In this document: positions 24,390 through 33,800 of the stretch, piece by piece
Position numbering within the stretch: position 1 is the stretch's first letter
Layout of the letters: each line of letters begins with the position of its first letter
NCBI GenBank assembly: GCA_003561895.1
Contig: PWXP01000101.1
Location: 1-39,260 of the forward strand
Direction: 5' to 3'
Source: Planctomycetaceae bacterium
GTDB taxonomy: Bacteria > Planctomycetota > Planctomycetia > Pirellulales > Thermoguttaceae
DNA length: 39,260 nucleotides
Program-made: the position numbers and the translations under genes
The notes under the pieces: generated by a model
Seen by the model: only the letters and a program-made list of their open reading frames with translations
The model's database searches: none
Told to the model about the DNA's origin: nothing

Positions 24390-24412
24390 ACTGCACCAAG
24401 AAGAACCCCGCC

Positions 24413-25429
24413 ATGTCCGAAAACCTCGTAACCGTTGACCGGCTGAAGACCTACTTCTACACCGACGACGGCGTGGTCAAGGCCGTCGACGACGTGTCGC
24501 TGGCCGTGCCGCGCGGGGGGACGCTGGGGCTGGTGGGCGAGTCGGGGTGCGGGAAATCGGTCACGGCCCTTTCGATCATCCGCTTGGTCGGCCCGCCCGG
24601 ACGCATCGCCGGCGGAAGCGTCACCCTGCACCGTAACGGCGAGCCCAACATGCTCACCGACCTGAGCGAAGACGCCATGCGGAAGGTCCGCGGCGGCGAC
24701 ATCTCGATGATCTTCCAGGAGCCGATGACCTCGCTGAACCCCGTGTTCACCGTGGGCAGCCAAATTGCCGAGGCCGTCGAACTGCACCAGAAGGTGGGCC
24801 GGGCCGAGGCGCGCCGGCGCGCCGTCGATATGCTCCGCAGGGTCCGCATTCCCGAGCCCGAACAGCGGGCCAAGGAATACCCACACCAGTTCTCCGGCGG
24901 GATGCGCCAGCGGGCGATGATCGCCATGGCCCTGAGCTGCAACCCCCAACTGCTCATCGCCGACGAGCCGACCACCGCGCTCGACGTGACCATCCAGGCC
25001 CAAATCCTCGACCTGTTGCGGGCCTTGCAGAGTGAACTCGGCATGTCGATCCTGATCATCACGCACGACCTCGGGATTATCGCTGAGATGGCCGACCGCG
25101 TGGCCGTGATGTACGCGTCGAAGGTGGTCGAGTACGCGGCGGTAGGCGAGCTGTTCGGCCGGCCGCGCCACCCGTACACGGTGGCCCTGTTCCGCTCCCG
25201 GCCGAAGATCGGCCAAACCATTTCGGAGCGCCTGCTGACGATCGAAGGGATGGTTCCCAGCCCGCTGAACTTCCCCGCCGGCTGCAAGTTCCACCCGCGC
25301 TGCCCGCTCCGCCAAACGCTGCCCGACGCCGAGCAACGGCGGTGCGCCACCGAGGAGCCGGAACTGCTGGAGATCGGCCCCGGCCGCCAAGCCCGCTGCC
25401 ATTTCGCCGACCAAGTAGACAACCTATGA
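24413..25429 (+). CDS. ABC peptide-type ATP-binding protein (OppD/DppD-like)
   Basis: [40 protein letters not shown], and a C-terminal oligopeptide-type extension with CKFHPRC. Confidence 0.93.
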   Translation: MSENLVTVDRLKTYFYTDDGVVKAVDDVSLAVPRGGTLGLVGESGCGKSVTALSIIRLVGPPGRIAGGSVTLHRNGEPNMLTDLSEDAMRKVRGGDISMIFQEPMTSLNPVFTVGSQIAEAVELHQKVGRAEARRRAVDMLRRVRIPEPEQRAKEYPHQFSGGMRQRAMIAMALSCNPQLLIADEPTTALDVTIQAQILDLLRALQSELGMSILIITHDLGIIAEMADRVAVMYASKVVEYAAVGELFGRPRHPYTVALFRSRPKIGQTISERLLTIEGMVPSPLNFPAGCKFHPRCPLRQTLPDAEQRRCATEEPELLEIGPGRQARCHFADQVDNL

Positions 25430-25450
25430 ACGCGCTGAAAGCAGCCCACT

Positions 25451-25520
25451 GTTGGAGTTCACGCTTTAGCGTGCCGGCGGTCGCGCACCGTCGCTCCGCA
25501 CGCTAAAGCGTGCACTCCAG
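25451..25520. repeat. Nested-palindrome repeat element, copy B (degenerate, no flanking duplication)
   Basis: GTTGGAGTTCACGCTTTAGCGTG ... CACGCTAAAGCGTGCACTCCAG, between the two ATPase genes. Confidence 0.8.
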
Positions 25521-25533
25521 CGAGGCCCCGGCC

Positions 25534-26559
25534 ATGACCTCTGCCCCAACAAACCATAAACCCATGTCTAACAGCCTGCTTACCGTCGACCGCCTGGAAA
25601 AGTACTTCCCGATCCGCCGCGGGCTGCTCTCGCGCGTGGTGGCCAACGTCAAAGCGGTCGACGACGTGAGCTTCGACATCGCCGAAGGGGAGACGCTCGG
25701 CTTGGTGGGCGAGAGCGGCTGCGGGAAGACGACCGCCGGCCGGACCCTCCTCCGCCTGCTGGACCCCACTGGCGGCACGGTCTGGTTCCAGGGCCGCGAC
25801 GTGGCCGCCGCCCGCGGCGACGCCCTCTGGCGCCTCCGCCGCGAAATGCAAATCGTCTTCCAGGACCCCTTCGGCTCGCTCAACCCGCGCATGACTATCC
25901 GGGGCATTGTCGAGGAAGGACTCGTCGTGCACCGGCTGGGTACAAAACACGAGCGGATGGAGAAGGTGCGCGAGACGCTCGAGCAGGTGGGGCTCGAACC
26001 CGGCTACATGAACCGCTACCCGCACGAGTTCTCCGGCGGCCAGCGCCAGCGCATCTGCGTGGCCCGGGCGCTGGCGCTGAATCCGCGGTTCATGGTGCTC
26101 GACGAGCCGATCTCGGCGCTGGACGTATCGATCCAGTCGCAGATCATCAACCTGCTGGTGGCGCTGCGCGAGAACTTCAAGCTAACCTACCTGTTCATCT
26201 CGCACGACCTTTCGGTGGTCGAGTACATTTCCGACCGGGTGGCGGTGATGTACCTCGGCCAGATTGTCGAGTTGGCCCCGGCGAACGTGCTGTACCGCAA
26301 GCCGCTGCATCCGTACAGCGAGGCCTTGTTGAGTTCCATTCCGACGATGGACCCCGCCACGCGGCGGGCGCGGATCGTGTTGCCGGGCGACGTTCCCAGC
26401 CCGGTGAATCCGCCCTCGGGCTGCCGCTTCCACCCGCGCTGCCCGCTGCGCGCGAAGCTGGCCCCGGCCGATCAGCGCCGCTGCCAGGAGGAGGTCCCTG
26501 CGCTGCGCGACCTAGCCCCCGGCCACCTCACCCGCTGCCACTTCGCCGAGAAGATGTAG
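25534..26559 (+). CDS. ABC peptide-type ATP-binding protein (OppF/DppF-like)
   Basis: [47 protein letters not shown]. The start is ambiguous (25534 or 25564); track start 25510 lies inside the repeat element. Confidence 0.9.
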   Translation: MTSAPTNHKPMSNSLLTVDRLEKYFPIRRGLLSRVVANVKAVDDVSFDIAEGETLGLVGESGCGKTTAGRTLLRLLDPTGGTVWFQGRDVAAARGDALWRLRREMQIVFQDPFGSLNPRMTIRGIVEEGLVVHRLGTKHERMEKVRETLEQVGLEPGYMNRYPHEFSGGQRQRICVARALALNPRFMVLDEPISALDVSIQSQIINLLVALRENFKLTYLFISHDLSVVEYISDRVAVMYLGQIVELAPANVLYRKPLHPYSEALLSSIPTMDPATRRARIVLPGDVPSPVNPPSGCRFHPRCPLRAKLAPADQRRCQEEVPALRDLAPGHLTRCHFAEKM

Positions 26560-26662
26560 GGGGCGGCCCGAACCCGCCGCGCACACACATGGCACACAAC
26601 ACACACACATGGGGTCAGGCCGACGTTACGCGTTCGGGTGCGCTCAGAAATAACTTGAACAA

Positions 26663-26690
26663 ATTGTAGTAAGCACACGCCGTGTGCCGT
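26663..26690. repeat. Second copy of a short palindromic repeat (TGTAGTA-R-GCACACGCCGTGTGCCGT)
   Basis: ATTGTAGTAAGCACACGCCGTGTGCCGT here matches AATGTAGTAGGCACACGCCGCTGTGCCGT at 6884-6912. Both are non-coding. Confidence 0.6.
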
Positions 26691-26717
26691 TCGCGAATTT
26701 CGGCCGGAGATTTATGG

Positions 26718-28229
26718 TTATTTTGGCCCGTTCTCGTCGGCCGGTTCGGCAGCGGGTTTGGGGCGGTGCGGGGCTTGCCGGGCAAGGGCCTGGGCAAGGG
26801 CCTGGGAAAGGGCCTCGATCGGCGTAGGGTCGAGGTGGCGGTCGAGCAGCTTCGACGTGTCGCCGAAGAGGGTTTCGATCTGCCGCTGCACGTGCGGGTC
26901 GGACGAGCGGAGTTGGCTCCGGCGAGTGGTCAGCCGGCGGCGGAGGGTTTCGCGGTCGGGAAGCCGGTGCAACTGGTCGCGCACCTCGCGGGCCTCGTCG
27001 AGGCGCCCCGCCTCGAGCTGCGCCTCGGCGCGCGCGAGCAATACTTCGCGTCGCGTGACCGTGTCGACCAACTCTTCCTGCAGCGCGGTCACGAAGGCCT
27101 CGGCCTCCAGGCGTTGGGTGTCGTCGGGAACGTAGGCGGTCCAGTCGCCGGCGAACCCCGCCACCACGGGAAGCCGGGCCAGGAGTTGCTGCCCGCTGCG
27201 CACCAGCAGGATGGCCAGCGGGTCGCCGGTCGGGGCCACTTCCACGCTGCCGGACCGATCCGTACGGCCGAGCAGGCGGGTGGCTTTCTCGCCGGGGCGT
27301 TGGAGGAACACCTCGTAGCCGGCCATTGGGTGATGGGGTTCGCGGCGGGCGAGCAGGGTCAGCCGGGAGGGTTCGGGACGCGGCACGACGCCCAGGGCAA
27401 GCTGCTCGGTGCGCCCCCGCCGGCTGGCCGAAAGCGGCGCGCCCAGCCCGCTTTCCACCCGGCACGGCACCTCGGCCGCCTCGACGCCTTCGGCCACCAG
27501 GAAGGTCCACGGCACCGGTTGCGGCAGGATGGGGTCTCCGTCGCGATTGCGCCGCAGGCGGCCGTCCCGGTCGTTGAGGCGAATGACCGGGCAGAACAAC
27601 TGCCCGGCATGCGCCAGGTGCAATTCGGGGTCGCGCGTGGGCAGGCCGCCGGCGCGGAGGCGGAGCACGGTGCGCTGGCCGTCCGGGCCGGTCTCGACCC
27701 GATCGATCCGGGCCAGCGGGCGGAAGGCCTCCAGCACCGCGCGGACCGCCGTATCGCGCAGCTTGGCCGGATGCCGAACCGGATACGCGAGCACCGGCCC
27801 GAGCCGCCAGGTGGCCGCGTCCCATTCGCGCGCGTCGAGCCGCCAGCCGTCCGCCGCCGGCTCGACCCGTAGCAGCACGACCTTATCGTGGTCGCCGTCT
27901 CGCCACGCGTCGGGCAGGCGTGCGGCATCGGTGGCCCCGGCGGGCAATGCGGTGAGAACGTCCTTCGTCCCCACAGACTCGCTCCTAGTGACTAACGGCG
28001 CTCTGACCCCAGTCGCCTCTACCTGCCACGCGGCGCCGAAGAGGTTTTCCAGCCGCGGTGCAAGCTCCTCGGCAAGCTGATCGGCAACGGCCCGCAGTTC
28101 CGGCAGGTCTGCCGCGGCCACGAGAACGCGCACCCGGTACGGCGTCAGTTCCCACACCGACTGGGCCCGCACCGGCGCCGGGCCGGACAGCAGGAGCCAC
28201 ACGGCAGCGAGCAGAACCACGTGGCGCAT
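26718..28229 (-). CDS. Secreted hypothetical protein (503 aa), last gene of the ExbBD cluster
   Basis: Internal ATG 28229 gives the signal peptide MRHVVLLAAVWLLLSGPAPVRAQS. Composition is ordinary and the C-terminus is coiled-coil-like. No family recognised. Confidence 0.65.
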   Translation of the reverse strand: MRHVVLLAAVWLLLSGPAPVRAQSVWELTPYRVRVLVAAADLPELRAVADQLAEELAPRLENLFGAAWQVEATGVRAPLVTRSESVGTKDVLTALPAGATDAARLPDAWRDGDHDKVVLLRVEPAADGWRLDAREWDAATWRLGPVLAYPVRHPAKLRDTAVRAVLEAFRPLARIDRVETGPDGQRTVLRLRAGGLPTRDPELHLAHAGQLFCPVIRLNDRDGRLRRNRDGDPILPQPVPWTFLVAEGVEAAEVPCRVESGLGAPLSASRRGRTEQLALGVVPRPEPSRLTLLARREPHHPMAGYEVFLQRPGEKATRLLGRTDRSGSVEVAPTGDPLAILLVRSGQQLLARLPVVAGFAGDWTAYVPDDTQRLEAEAFVTALQEELVDTVTRREVLLARAEAQLEAGRLDEAREVRDQLHRLPDRETLRRRLTTRRSQLRSSDPHVQRQIETLFGDTSKLLDRHLDPTPIEALSQALAQALARQAPHRPKPAAEPADENGPK

Positions 28230-28450
28230 GTTGCAAGGCGGCGCGGCGCACGCCGGGTTGCCCCGGGCGTGCGGGCCGGGTTGTTCGGCGCGTGGGTGAA
28301 CCCGGCGGCTCCCACAGCCGGAATCACCCCTCCTGCGCGTGTTCAAAAACGGGACAGCCATCGGTCTTCTTAATGGGCCTAACTTGACCAGCGAAATCGA
28401 GCGGTTTCTGAAGGGAATCCCACCACACGCCGGGGTTTTTTCAGGGGCTT

Positions 28451-30835
28451 TCATGGGGAAGCGAAGCGGAACGCGGGCCGCCACGCTTCGACGTTCTGAT
28501 ACAGCGTGACGGGTTGCGGGCCCACGCCCTCCAGGTCGGTACGGTAGGCGAAGTGCTCAGTAAGCTGCCAAAGGGGAATGACGCTCACCTCGTCGTGGAC
28601 GGCGCGGTGAATGGTGTTCAGCGCCGCGCGGGCGGCGGGCCAGTCGGCGGCGTCGGCCAGGCGGCGGAGCCCAAGCTGCAGGTAACAGCTCCCGTGCGAG
28701 CACAGCCCGCCGGCACCGAAAAGCCGCGCGGCGTCGGCTACCGGCTCCCAGGCGGCCAGTTCGACGTACAGCAGGTCGACGCCCTCGGGGAACCGGCCCT
28801 GCTCGGCGCCGGCCATCTCCTCGGGCGTGAGCGGCCGAATGGAAACCGCGATGCCGAGCACCTCCAAGTGCCGCCCGATCAGGCTGCACGCGGCTTGGGC
28901 CATCGGGTGGTCGGGGTGTGCCAGCACGAGCGGCCCTTCCGTGGGATCCGCCCCCGCTGCGGCCCCATCCTCCGAGTGGTCGTCGTTTGCCGCCGCACTT
29001 TGATCGCCATCTTCGTTCGACTCTGACGCCGCCGCGCCCGCGCCTTTCGCCTCGGATTGCCGCGCTACGGCGGCAAGTTCGCGGCGGGCAACCGACGCCA
29101 GCGCGGCGGCGAGGTGCGGGTCGTACGGGCGGGGCGCGACCTCCGGGTCGCGGGCGTAGCCTCGGGGGAACGGCCCGTCGGCAACCTCGCAACCCGGCGA
29201 CTCGCCCTCGCCCAGCAGCCGGCGTAGGATGCGCTCGCGGTCGATGCCGTACACCAGGGCTCGCCGAAACGAGCGCCGCGATGTGAGGCCGCCGTTGGGC
29301 CGGGGGATGAGGCAGTGCACCAGCGGGAAAGCATAGGGTTCCACGGCAATCGCCGCGTCCGGCTGCGAGGCTTCCTCGCGCAATTCCGCCAGCATCCACG
29401 GCGCCACCCGGTCGATCACGTCGATCGTGCCCACGCGCAGCTCCGCCACGGCCCGGCCGGGCTCCATGCGCTGCTCGACGATTTCGGCCGGTTGCCCCGA
29501 CTGCCGGGCCGCATCGTGTTCACTGGCGGTAAACACGGCCTCGCCGTCTTGGCCGCTTGCCGCATGGTACGGGCCGTTGGCGGGTACCGGGTCGGGGGGG
29601 CCGGGCCAGGTGACCGGCGGCACAACGGTTTGCAGCAGCCGTTCCGGGCGCACGTGCACGCGGCCGAGTTCCACCTCGACGCCGTACACCCCGGTAACGC
29701 TCACGCCGGCCATCAACTCGGCCCAGGGCGTCGAAGAGCCCAAATCGCCCCCCGCGGCCAGCCGCAGCAGGTGCCGCGATACGTCATGGCCGGTCAGCGC
29801 CGCCGACCCGCTCGACCCAACCGCTCCCGGGTGCAATTCGAATACCAACCGCTGCCCCAGTTCCTCGGTGGCGAACCGGCCCAGCGGGGACAGGTACCGG
29901 CCGCCGTCGGTTCCCGGCGCAGTAAGCTCCATGAGCGTGCGATAGCGCAGGCGCGCCGTCCGGCGCGCCGGCCAGTCGACGAGGCTGGTGGGGGCGGAAC
30001 CAGGCCCGCCCAGGTCGCTTACCGCCACCACGACGCGGGGATACCGCGCGTGGACCTGCGCGGCCAGTTCTTTTGCCTCCGGCAGATCGGGCCAGACGGC
30101 GGCCGCCTCGCGGCACAGCCGGGAGGCGTCGCCAAGACGCTGTTCGGCCGTGGCGGCCCGGGCTTCGCCCAGCAGCTTTTCGGCTTGCCCCTCGAGCCGG
30201 TCTTCCCACCGGGCGACTAGTTCGTGTTCGGGGAACCACTCACCCAGGTTGCCGATCAGCGTCCGCACCGCGGCATAGTCGTCCCGCGCGGCGTAGTGGT
30301 CGACCAGACTGCCGGTGGCCAGGCCCAGGGCCTTGTCGAGCCCCTCGCGCTGCGGATTCCGGTGATAGGTTTCCCGGAGCATGGCCAGCGCCAGGTCGAA
30401 CCGGCCGGCGCGGTGGGCCGCCTTGGCCTCTTCATAAACGTACGTCTCCAACGCCTCGGCCAGGCCCGGCAGCTTCGCGTAGTGCTCCTGGAGGAACGCG
30501 AAGTAGTCGTACGCCTCTTCCAGCTTCCCCGCGGCCACCAGCCGCTCGGCCTCGGCGAGGACCCTCTGCTCGAACAGTTCGACCTTGTCGATGGCCTGCC
30601 AAGGCACCTCGTAGTCGACCCCCGGACGCGCCAGCAGACGCATGCGCAGCCGCTGGCCGCGCGGAGGGTCGGCCGGGACGACTCGGTTGGGGAAGTCGAG
30701 CGGCTCCACCTCCAGCACCGCCCGGTCGTTCGCCGCGTTGAGCGTGATCCGGTCGAACGGCTCCTGCTCGTACAGCGGCAAGTCGGCCGGGACCGGCGCG
30801 AGCATGGCGGCGATGAGGAGGGTGGAGAGGCTCAT
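28451..30835 (-). CDS. Secreted TPR-like plus family-5 solute-binding-protein-like fusion protein (794 aa)
   Basis: Start ATG 30835 forms an ATGA overlap with the upstream stop. N-terminal signal, a helical-repeat region (LEEAYDYFAFLQEHY, AHRAGRFDLALAML), and a C-terminal SBP_bac_5-like region (RRALVYGIDRERILRRLL, YDPHLAAALA, IPLWQLTEHFAYR). Confidence 0.75.
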   Translation of the reverse strand: MSLSTLLIAAMLAPVPADLPLYEQEPFDRITLNAANDRAVLEVEPLDFPNRVVPADPPRGQRLRMRLLARPGVDYEVPWQAIDKVELFEQRVLAEAERLVAAGKLEEAYDYFAFLQEHYAKLPGLAEALETYVYEEAKAAHRAGRFDLALAMLRETYHRNPQREGLDKALGLATGSLVDHYAARDDYAAVRTLIGNLGEWFPEHELVARWEDRLEGQAEKLLGEARAATAEQRLGDASRLCREAAAVWPDLPEAKELAAQVHARYPRVVVAVSDLGGPGSAPTSLVDWPARRTARLRYRTLMELTAPGTDGGRYLSPLGRFATEELGQRLVFELHPGAVGSSGSAALTGHDVSRHLLRLAAGGDLGSSTPWAELMAGVSVTGVYGVEVELGRVHVRPERLLQTVVPPVTWPGPPDPVPANGPYHAASGQDGEAVFTASEHDAARQSGQPAEIVEQRMEPGRAVAELRVGTIDVIDRVAPWMLAELREEASQPDAAIAVEPYAFPLVHCLIPRPNGGLTSRRSFRRALVYGIDRERILRRLLGEGESPGCEVADGPFPRGYARDPEVAPRPYDPHLAAALASVARRELAAVARQSEAKGAGAAASESNEDGDQSAAANDDHSEDGAAAGADPTEGPLVLAHPDHPMAQAACSLIGRHLEVLGIAVSIRPLTPEEMAGAEQGRFPEGVDLLYVELAAWEPVADAARLFGAGGLCSHGSCYLQLGLRRLADAADWPAARAALNTIHRAVHDEVSVIPLWQLTEHFAYRTDLEGVGPQPVTLYQNVEAWRPAFRFASP

Positions 30836-33800
30836 GGGGATGCGTGCGGTTGGACGGGCGAAGGGGACAGTCCCCCATCGGGCACCTTGACCCGATACAG
30901 GCTCCCGGCTCGGCCGCCTACGAGCACCTCGTTGCCGATGGGCACGGGGGCGGTGGCCAGGGGGCGGTGGAGTTCGATGCGGGCGATTTCGCGCCCGTCG
31001 GCAGCGTCGATGCGCCAGAGGGTCCCCCCGGCGGTTGCCAGCAGGAAATGCCCGCCGTCGAGCGCGGCCGCACCGACCGGCGGCGTGTTGGGCAGGTCCA
31101 CGCGCCAGCATAGCTTTGCCGCGGCGTCGAAGCACAGCAACTGCCCGGCCTCGGTGGCCAGCAGCGCGTGTTCGCCGACGCGCCGCGGCCCCCAGGCGAG
31201 GGGCGCGTCGAGCGACCATTGGTCGCGGCGGTCAAGCCCGGGCAGTTCGTAGGCGGTCACCTCGGAGGCTTCATCGACGGCGAACACCATGTCGCCCGCC
31301 GCGGCCAGGGGCGCGGCGATCGGCCGCGCCACCTCGACCGTGGCCGTGGCCTTCAGGTGCGGCTTCGGGTCGGGCTCCATTCGCACAGAATACAACGTCC
31401 CGTGCCCGTCGGTAACGGCCACGTGCCCGCCGTCGCCGGCGGCCGGCAGTCGCCAGTCGAGGCGGCTTTCCGGCGCCAGGGGGGGCTGGAAGGGCGCGGC
31501 CGGCATTTCGCCGGTGCGCGGGTTGAACAGGAACAAGTGGCCCGGCACGCACGGCAGCAACACGCCATCCAGAAAGGCCGATGGGGGGCAGGTCAGTTGG
31601 TCCGGGAGCGTGCGCCAGGTGTAACGTCCCGGCGGGTCGGCTGGGGTGAACACGGCAAGTTGGTCGGAGCCGGCGCCGGTCGAGAGCACCAGGGTGCCGT
31701 CGCTGAGTTCGACGACCGTTTCAACGGGGCGGCGGAATTGCCCGGATTCCACGGCCGGCCGGTCGAGCACGGACTCGTCGACGATGTCGCCGATTTCCGC
31801 TTGGAACAGCGCGCCCGTGCTGCTCGCGGCGACCACCTGTTCCCCTCCGAGGTCGACGACGGGCGGGCCGGCCGGCGGAGCGGCAATTCGGCTTTCCCAT
31901 AGCGGGCGCCCGTCGTCGGCGTGGACGGCGGCCACGATCACCCCCGGCTCACCCCGGCGCCGCCGCACGTGGACGAGGGCATTGCCGATCGCCCGCGGGG
32001 GCTCGAGGAATGCGCTCTGCTCGGCGCTGACCCACTGCGGCACCAAGCGGCCCTCGGCGGCCCGCACGGCGAACTTGGTCAAGTGGTTGTCGGCCAGGTA
32101 GAGTTGCCCTCCCTGAAACAGACCATAGCGCACCAGCGGCTCGCTATCGGTCGTCTCACGCTGCAGGATGGGTACCAGGGGTTCATGGGGTTCGGCCGCG
32201 GTCAGTTCGAACGCGTACGCCGCGCCCAGGTCGGTGATGGCGATGACATTCCGCCCGGCGAGCACGGGCGAGGTATCGAACAGCCCCCGCACGCGGAACT
32301 CTTGCAGCCGGCGCCGCGGCGCGGCGTCGGCTTGCTCGTCTTGCTCATCGCCGGACGCCGCGCCGGCCGACTCCGCCGGGGCAGTGCCGTACACGCGCAG
32401 CACGGCCGATCGCGCGCGATCGTTCACCGGCACCAGCAGGACGCCGGGCGCCGGCACCGGCGCCGCCGTGAGGCTGCCCTGCGCATGGCCGAGGTGAATC
32501 ACGTCGAGACATCGGCCGCTGCCCAACTCCAGCACGAACAAGTTCGAATGGTCGACCGCCTGGTAGATCAGCCCCCGGCGGGGATCGACCGCGGGAGCCA
32601 CGGGAATCGGCTGCGGCAATTGGATCTGGCGGACGGATGTCCCGGCTTCGGCGTCGACGAGGTGCAGGCGCCCGCCGCGGGTTGCCACGACGAGCTGCCC
32701 GCCGGCGAGCACGGGCGGAACGTCGACCGGTTCGCCCAGGGGGAGGCGCCAGCGGGGCCGGCCGGTTCGCGCGTCGAGCCGCCACAGTTCCCGAAGCGGC
32801 GGGGCCAGGACGAACACGTCGCCGCCCGCACCCGCGGCAACCGGGGCGACCGGCGCGCGGAGCCCGTCCGGCGCCTGGCCCAAATGGCGTTTCCACAGCA
32901 GCCGGCCGTAGGCGGCGTTGAAGCCGTAGGCGGCGCCCGCGGCCGCGGTCACCAGCACCTCGTCTTCCACGTTGGGAATCGGCTCCTTGGTGGTCCGCTC
33001 CGCAAGGGTCAACACGGCCGAAGCGGACCGCGCCGGCAACTGCGTACCGGCTTCGATCGCTTCCTCGGTCACCTGCACCGCCGACTGCTGCGCCGCCGAG
33101 ATGGTCCGCGTGGCCGCCATAAGCTTCGGATCGCCGGCCAGGGCGGGGTAGTTGCGGAGCAATTGGTGGCGAGTATCGTAGGCCGCCGCCGCGTCGCCTT
33201 CGGCCAGCGCGTTCTCGATGGCGGCCACGGCCGCGTCGAGTTCCGCGCCCTGGCGAATCTGCCGTTCGACCAGTCCGAGCCGGGCTTCGATCTCGTCGAA
33301 TTTTGCCGTGGGCTGCAAGCGCGTGGGGACATAGTTGCGGTTGCTGGCCATTGCGAGGGCCTCGCGCGCCAGGTCGAGCAGTTCCGGATCGTTGTCGTCC
33401 TGGGCGCGGTCGGCCAGTCCCTCGGCAATGGCCGGCAGGATGCCCGCCAACTCGCTGCCCGCCTCGCCAAAGGCGTCTTCCTGGGGGATTTCGTCGAGGA
33501 CCTCCTGGGCGGTGGCCAGGGCGGCGGGCCAATCGCCGCCTTCGAGGAGCTTCTGCCGCATTTGCGCGAGCCCCCGCCGCACCCGGGCGCCGCTCGCGCC
33601 CTGGTGCCGGGGGAACCGGCGAAGGTATTGGTCGAACTGGTGGATGGCCTGCGTGTACGATCCGGCCCGGTACTCCTCATTGGCGGCAGCCAGCACGTCG
33701 TCGCCCGACTGCCGCACCAGGATCCAAAGCACGATCCCCCCGAGGATCAGCAGCCCGAGCAAGGCCCCGCCGCTGAGCAACAGGACGGGCGATTCCCACA

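Noticed and set aside
26644-27872. 393-aa minus and 396-aa plus ORFs overlapping the 503-aa secreted protein gene
   Set aside because: The chosen frame (26718..28229) has a clean signal peptide and balanced composition. The alternatives are Arg/Pro/Gly-rich.
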